From: Candidatus Zambryskibacteria bacterium RIFOXYC1_FULL_39_10
GTDB lineage: Bacteria; Patescibacteriota; Minisyncoccia; Phycocordibacterales; WO2-35-19
Length of the DNA: 64,000 bases
Direction of reading: 5' to 3'
NCBI GenBank assembly: GCA_001824275.1
Contig: MHWW01000002.1
Span: forward strand, 13,266-77,265
The first letter of the stretch is position 1, and every line of letters starts with the position of its first letter. The notes under the pieces were generated by a model. The model had not been told where the DNA came from. It did no database searches and saw only the letters and a program-made list of their open reading frames with translations. The translations under genes and the position numbers were made by a program. Positions 59,879-64,000 of this stretch are shown piece after piece.

Positions 59879-62503
59879 TTACGCCGCTTTTTTTAATTTT
59901 GCTAATTGAGGGTTTTTTAATAAATATCTTCCCCTTTCTTCAAGCACTGATTCTATAGAAGGGTCTTCTCCTTCCGCTAAAATAACAGCCCCATCCGTTT
60001 GATCCTTAAGCCACGAAACATGCTCAAAAAAGTCTTTGTAATTGTTCGATTTATTTAATTCATTTGTTGTTTCCAAATTTAAACCAGACATATTTGAATC
60101 TCCTGTATAGTATTTTTCCAATTTTTTAAAAGATAGGTCTTTGATGAATCTCCATTTTTTGGATTTTATACCTTCTTTTTTCAATATTAATCCCTCCGTG
60201 AAAAAATGATTTATAGTTTCTTCTTTTGCCGCTTTAACAGCCAGATCGAGTTCGCTACCATTTTTTGCTCTGTTTAAATCGTTTGCAAGAGACCTTTCTA
60301 AATTTGGATTTCTAGTTACACTTTCTGGTTTATTATTATCCCTCCCCCCTTCCAAAACTTGTAATCTTTTTCTATCCTCTTCTAATCCTCTTTCAAACTG
60401 AGCTCTGTCACTCAAACCTGCTGCGAGCCCCGCTCCTGCCAAAATCGCTCCGCCAGCAAGTATTTCAGCATTATTTGCTTGTAATTTTGGTTCCGGCTCT
60501 ACTTGAGGCACGAGTTCTGGTTCGGACACTGATGTTTCGGCGGTTGGTATTTCTGGAACTGGAGCTACTTTAATTTCTGGTTTACTATTTAAAATTTCTG
60601 TCACCCGATCCTCACCAAGCGATTCATTTGGATGAGCTTCTACCCACGCAGCAATCTTTTCATTATTTAATAGAATAGATTTTTCTTGTGCACTACCTCC
60701 CATAATAGTTTCCTTAGCTTTTGCAAAAACACCATTTACTTCTTTAGTATTTTCAAAAAGTTTAGTAAAATCTGTTTTGTCTCCGATATTGAGACTCCCC
60801 GCTTTATTTAATCCATAATTTTCAGGATTTTGCAGTACTTTATTGGTCAAATTACTCAAAACATAAGTTTTCTGAGCTTCGGTCATACCTTTAAATTGCT
60901 CATTATTTTCTAATGTGCCTTTCAAAATTTTCCAAGTTGAATCTCCCACCACTACTTCGTGTTTTAAAATATTTGGATCTTCAAATAATTTTTCTGCCTC
61001 CAAAACAGTAACTTCTGGAGTTGCGACCTTTGGAACTGTTGGTTCTGGAGCTTGTTCGGGGATAGACGCCTTAACTGGATTTGGTTCAAAACCTTTTCTT
61101 GGTAATCTGCTTTCCTGGATAGTGCTTGCTTTACCATCCCTTGATTCCATAGCTTCCTTAGTGACTCCTCCTGCTCCCATCACTGCATGTTCTGCCAAAC
61201 CAGTAAGTAAACCAGTACCGGCACCAGCCGCGATAGTAGTACCCATTTTTTTCAGAGTCATTTTTATTTTTTCTTTTTTGTATCTTTTTTCTATATCCTC
61301 AAATCCTTTAGATTTTTTTTCTAAAGATAAAACTGAATTTTTTAAATCTTCTACTTCTTTATTTTTGGCGATTTCTAATTCTTCAGCCGACCATTTTTTA
61401 TTAGCCCATTCTCCAGCCTTCATACCGGCGGTACCAGCAAGCCCTACTCTTGCGGCCCGCCAAGTCAAATAACTTGCCACCCCAATCGCTCCCGGTGCTA
61501 CAGTTGCCCCAAAAGCTAAGCCAGCTATGCTACCTACTCCAAAACTCAAAGCCATTCTTTGTTTTCTAGAAAGACTAAGATACCACTGCATCGTTTTGGT
61601 GCCGAGCAAACTTTTGGCACTTTCGATAGCTTTACCCATCATAGTTTCACCTCGAGCTTCCTTCAAAGATTTTAAGTACGCATCATTTTCTTTTTGAACC
61701 AATTCTTCAAAAATCTTGCTGTTAATTTTTGACCGCAGTTCCGCTTCTTGCTCAGGCGTCAAATTTTCTCCAGCATTTTTTCTAAAAGTTTCTTCTATTC
61801 TTTTAGCAATAATATTTTTTTGATAGTTGTATATATCTTCTTTTTCCAATTTTAAATCACTAGATTCTTGGAAATCTTTATTATTTTTTTTAATATTTAA
61901 AGTTATCTCATCAATAAAAATTTTTCCAAATCCTGCTATTTTTCTATGTTCAACTTCCACCTTAGCTCTTTTGTACCTCATTTTTTCAAACTCTACCCAC
62001 TCCTTCCCCCTCTGCCATTCCGGCATATCATTTGCTTCATTATTTATTTCTGGGGTTGGTGCGATGGGTATTTCAACTTTTTCCGGCTCTCTTACTAAAA
62101 AAATATTCCCAACATTAATTTCTAATTCTTTTTCTGTATCAGAATAAATATTTGCCAAAACTGTGCTACCCCTAGACACAAACGAGGTTATCTTGCCGTT
62201 ATCTGACCCACCATAAAAATCCCACGCAACTTCATCACCAATTTTTATTACTTCACCATTTTTGTCTGTCGCCTCTTTTATCTCAACAATTTCTGGAGTA
62301 TTTATTTCTTCATGCTCTTCTTGGTCTTCTTGGTCTTCCTCATTTTCTTCATCTTCCTTAATATGTATATCTTCTAACTCTCCAGGATTAAGTTTATCTA
62401 TACTTCCTTCAAATTTTTGTTTATCATCCATGGACCAATTTTCATACCCATCGGGATATTTAATTTCTGTTTTTTGTGGAGAATTATTCAAATCTGGTTC
62501 CAT
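59879..62503 (-). CDS. Large hypothetical protein (acidic N-terminus, Gly-rich hydrophobic segments, LysM-like region)
   Basis: 874 aa ORF; HEVVVGDSTWKI...LNIGD. Confidence 0.75.
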   Translation of the reverse strand: MEPDLNNSPQKTEIKYPDGYENWSMDDKQKFEGSIDKLNPGELEDIHIKEDEENEEDQEDQEEHEEINTPEIVEIKEATDKNGEVIKIGDEVAWDFYGGSDNGKITSFVSRGSTVLANIYSDTEKELEINVGNIFLVREPEKVEIPIAPTPEINNEANDMPEWQRGKEWVEFEKMRYKRAKVEVEHRKIAGFGKIFIDEITLNIKKNNKDFQESSDLKLEKEDIYNYQKNIIAKRIEETFRKNAGENLTPEQEAELRSKINSKIFEELVQKENDAYLKSLKEARGETMMGKAIESAKSLLGTKTMQWYLSLSRKQRMALSFGVGSIAGLAFGATVAPGAIGVASYLTWRAARVGLAGTAGMKAGEWANKKWSAEELEIAKNKEVEDLKNSVLSLEKKSKGFEDIEKRYKKEKIKMTLKKMGTTIAAGAGTGLLTGLAEHAVMGAGGVTKEAMESRDGKASTIQESRLPRKGFEPNPVKASIPEQAPEPTVPKVATPEVTVLEAEKLFEDPNILKHEVVVGDSTWKILKGTLENNEQFKGMTEAQKTYVLSNLTNKVLQNPENYGLNKAGSLNIGDKTDFTKLFENTKEVNGVFAKAKETIMGGSAQEKSILLNNEKIAAWVEAHPNESLGEDRVTEILNSKPEIKVAPVPEIPTAETSVSEPELVPQVEPEPKLQANNAEILAGGAILAGAGLAAGLSDRAQFERGLEEDRKRLQVLEGGRDNNKPESVTRNPNLERSLANDLNRAKNGSELDLAVKAAKEETINHFFTEGLILKKEGIKSKKWRFIKDLSFKKLEKYYTGDSNMSGLNLETTNELNKSNNYKDFFEHVSWLKDQTDGAVILAEGEDPSIESVLEERGRYLLKNPQLAKLKKAA

Positions 62504-62656
62504 ATATCCAAAATTATACGGCAAAGGAGTTTAAAAACAACGCTTGACTTGTTTATTACTTTATGTATATAATGGTACTAATACTGAAAGATTGACACTC
62601 CGCTTACCCGCGGATTTTTTCTTTCATATTTTCGATTATAAGATTAATATAATTTC

Positions 62657-62709
62657 AGGTCGCACTCCAAATGACGGTATCGTGCGACATGATTTCGCAA
62701 AATCATATG
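62657..62709 (+). promoter_or_regulatory. 53-nt two-hairpin element ending at the nusA start codon, copy B
   Basis: 48/53 identical to the reverse complement of 38639-38691. Confidence 0.75.
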
Positions 62710-63843
62710 TTTGATTTAAAAGTTATAAATTCAGTCTTAGACCAACTCGAAGAAGAGCGTGGTATACCAAAAGAAAAGGTTTTGGAAGCTATTGAAATGG
62801 CCTTGGCTACCGCTTACAAAAAAGAGTATGGCAAACGCGGCCAAATCATTAAGGCCAATTTTGATATAAATAGTGGTTCAGTTGAAATGCACCAAGTGAA
62901 AATCGTGGTTGACGATACCAAAGTATTTATGGACAAAGAGTCTTTAGAAGATGCGCTGGAAGATGCGGAGGAAAAAGATGACGACCGAGTACTTTTCAAT
63001 ACCGAACATCACATCCTTTTGCCAGATGCCCAAAAGATAAAAAAGGGTGCCCAAGTCGGAGATGAAATCATATTCCCTCTTGAATCAAAGGGTGACTACG
63101 GGCGTATCGCTTCCCAAACAGCCAAACAAGTCATCATGCAAAAAATCAGAGAAGCTGAAAGAAATTCAGTACTCAAAGAGTTTGGTGAAAGAGAAGGCGA
63201 AGTTATTTCCGGCACTGTCCAAAGGATTGAGCGCGGAAACATTTTCGTAGATGTCGGCCGAGCCGTCGGTATTTTGCCGTACGAAGAGCAGATGCCCGGA
63301 GAGCGGTTCAGCCAAGGCGAAAGAGTGAGAGCATATTTGTATCGAGTAGAAGACGGTCCAAAGGGTGTCGCCCTGAGGCTTTCTCGCTCTCACCCACGAT
63401 TTCTAATTAAACTTTTTGAAAATGAAGTGCCCGAATTGGTAAACAACACCATCGAAATCAAATCTGTCGCCAGAGAAGCGGGTTCAAGGTCCAAAGTTGC
63501 CGTCGCTTCAAATGATAATTATATAGACCCCGTAGGTTCACTCGTTGGTCAAAGAGGAGTCCGAGTCGCTACCGTCACTTCTGAATTAGGAGGAGAAAAA
63601 ATTGATGTCATCGAATGGTCCGAAAATCCTGTGGAATTCATTGAAGATGCTCTTTCTCCCGCTAAAATAGTCTCAGTTGAGATGGATGAAGAAAATCACC
63701 AAGCCAATGTCGTAGTTTCCGAGGACCAACAGTCTCTCGCTATCGGCAAGGGTGGTCAAAATGTCAGATTAGCGGCCAAACTCACTGGTTGGCGCATAGA
63801 TATCAAATCAACTCAAGGCGAAGAACTCGAAATCGCTGAATAA
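62707..63843 (+). CDS. nusA: Transcription termination factor NusA
   Basis: GRIASQTAKQVI, S1 domain, AREAGSRSK, AIGKGGQNVRLAAKLTGW. Confidence 0.97.
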   Translation: MFDLKVINSVLDQLEEERGIPKEKVLEAIEMALATAYKKEYGKRGQIIKANFDINSGSVEMHQVKIVVDDTKVFMDKESLEDALEDAEEKDDDRVLFNTEHHILLPDAQKIKKGAQVGDEIIFPLESKGDYGRIASQTAKQVIMQKIREAERNSVLKEFGEREGEVISGTVQRIERGNIFVDVGRAVGILPYEEQMPGERFSQGERVRAYLYRVEDGPKGVALRLSRSHPRFLIKLFENEVPELVNNTIEIKSVAREAGSRSKVAVASNDNYIDPVGSLVGQRGVRVATVTSELGGEKIDVIEWSENPVEFIEDALSPAKIVSVEMDEENHQANVVVSEDQQSLAIGKGGQNVRLAAKLTGWRIDIKSTQGEELEIAE

Positions 63844-63918
63844 CTCTTTGTTTTTTATTTTCTGTACATGATATAATACACTTGTTCAGTGTTAGTGTTT
63901 ATTAATTTAATCAAATAT

Positions 63919-64000
63919 ATGAAAAATAAATTGTTAATTTTAGCCGTTGTTTCGTTCCTTGTATTACCAAGCTTATCTTTTGCGGAGTCAGACGGCTCAA
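63919..64000 (+). CDS. 5' part of a secreted protein (truncated by the window)
   Basis: MKNKLLILAVVSFLVLPSLSFA/ES signal peptide. Confidence 0.6.
   Translation, partial: MKNKLLILAVVSFLVLPSLSFAESDGS

Noticed and set aside
60915-61472. Long antisense ORFs (e.g. 60915-61472, 58356-58868, 47348-47770, 31544-32038)
   Set aside because: They lie opposite better-supported genes, have no recognisable motifs, and are expected from codon bias.

Overview
AT-rich bacterial chromosome segment using genetic code 11 (TGA serves as a stop). It is very likely from a Patescibacteria/CPR (Parcubacteria-like) genome, judging by the PilQ-less type IV pilus cluster, fragmented ribosomal operons, rplK without rplA and largely SD-less genes. 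Contents: gatC/gatA and ligA; a complete type IV pilus cluster with comF; the S10 ribosomal operon broken into three blocks; argS; a thymidylate/folate/nucleotide island (dut, DEDDh nuclease, PaaX-like protein, glyA, thyA, two HIT proteins, NTase-like domain fused to a deaminase, cytidylyltransferase-like protein, folA, nucleoside deoxyribosyltransferase-like protein); secE-nusG-rplK; folD; a sensor kinase operon; a CsoR-CopA copper island with two operators; tRNA-His and tRNA-Leu; hicBA; tuf-rpsJ; nusA. The most unusual signals are non-coding. (1) Small hairpin inserts behind rplK, nusG, tRNA-Leu and a membrane-protein gene are each followed by a second copy of the host gene's 3' end. (2) A 53-nt two-hairpin element with a compensatory base-pair change abuts the start codons of nusA and a response regulator. 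(3) The tRNA-His has a jointly altered D-loop/T-loop elbow. (4) A PaaX/Cas2-like gene is bracketed by two 36-bp palindromes. Palindromic and short tandem repeats also occur in-frame inside conserved proteins. All calls come from reading the sequence by eye; no database searches were run.
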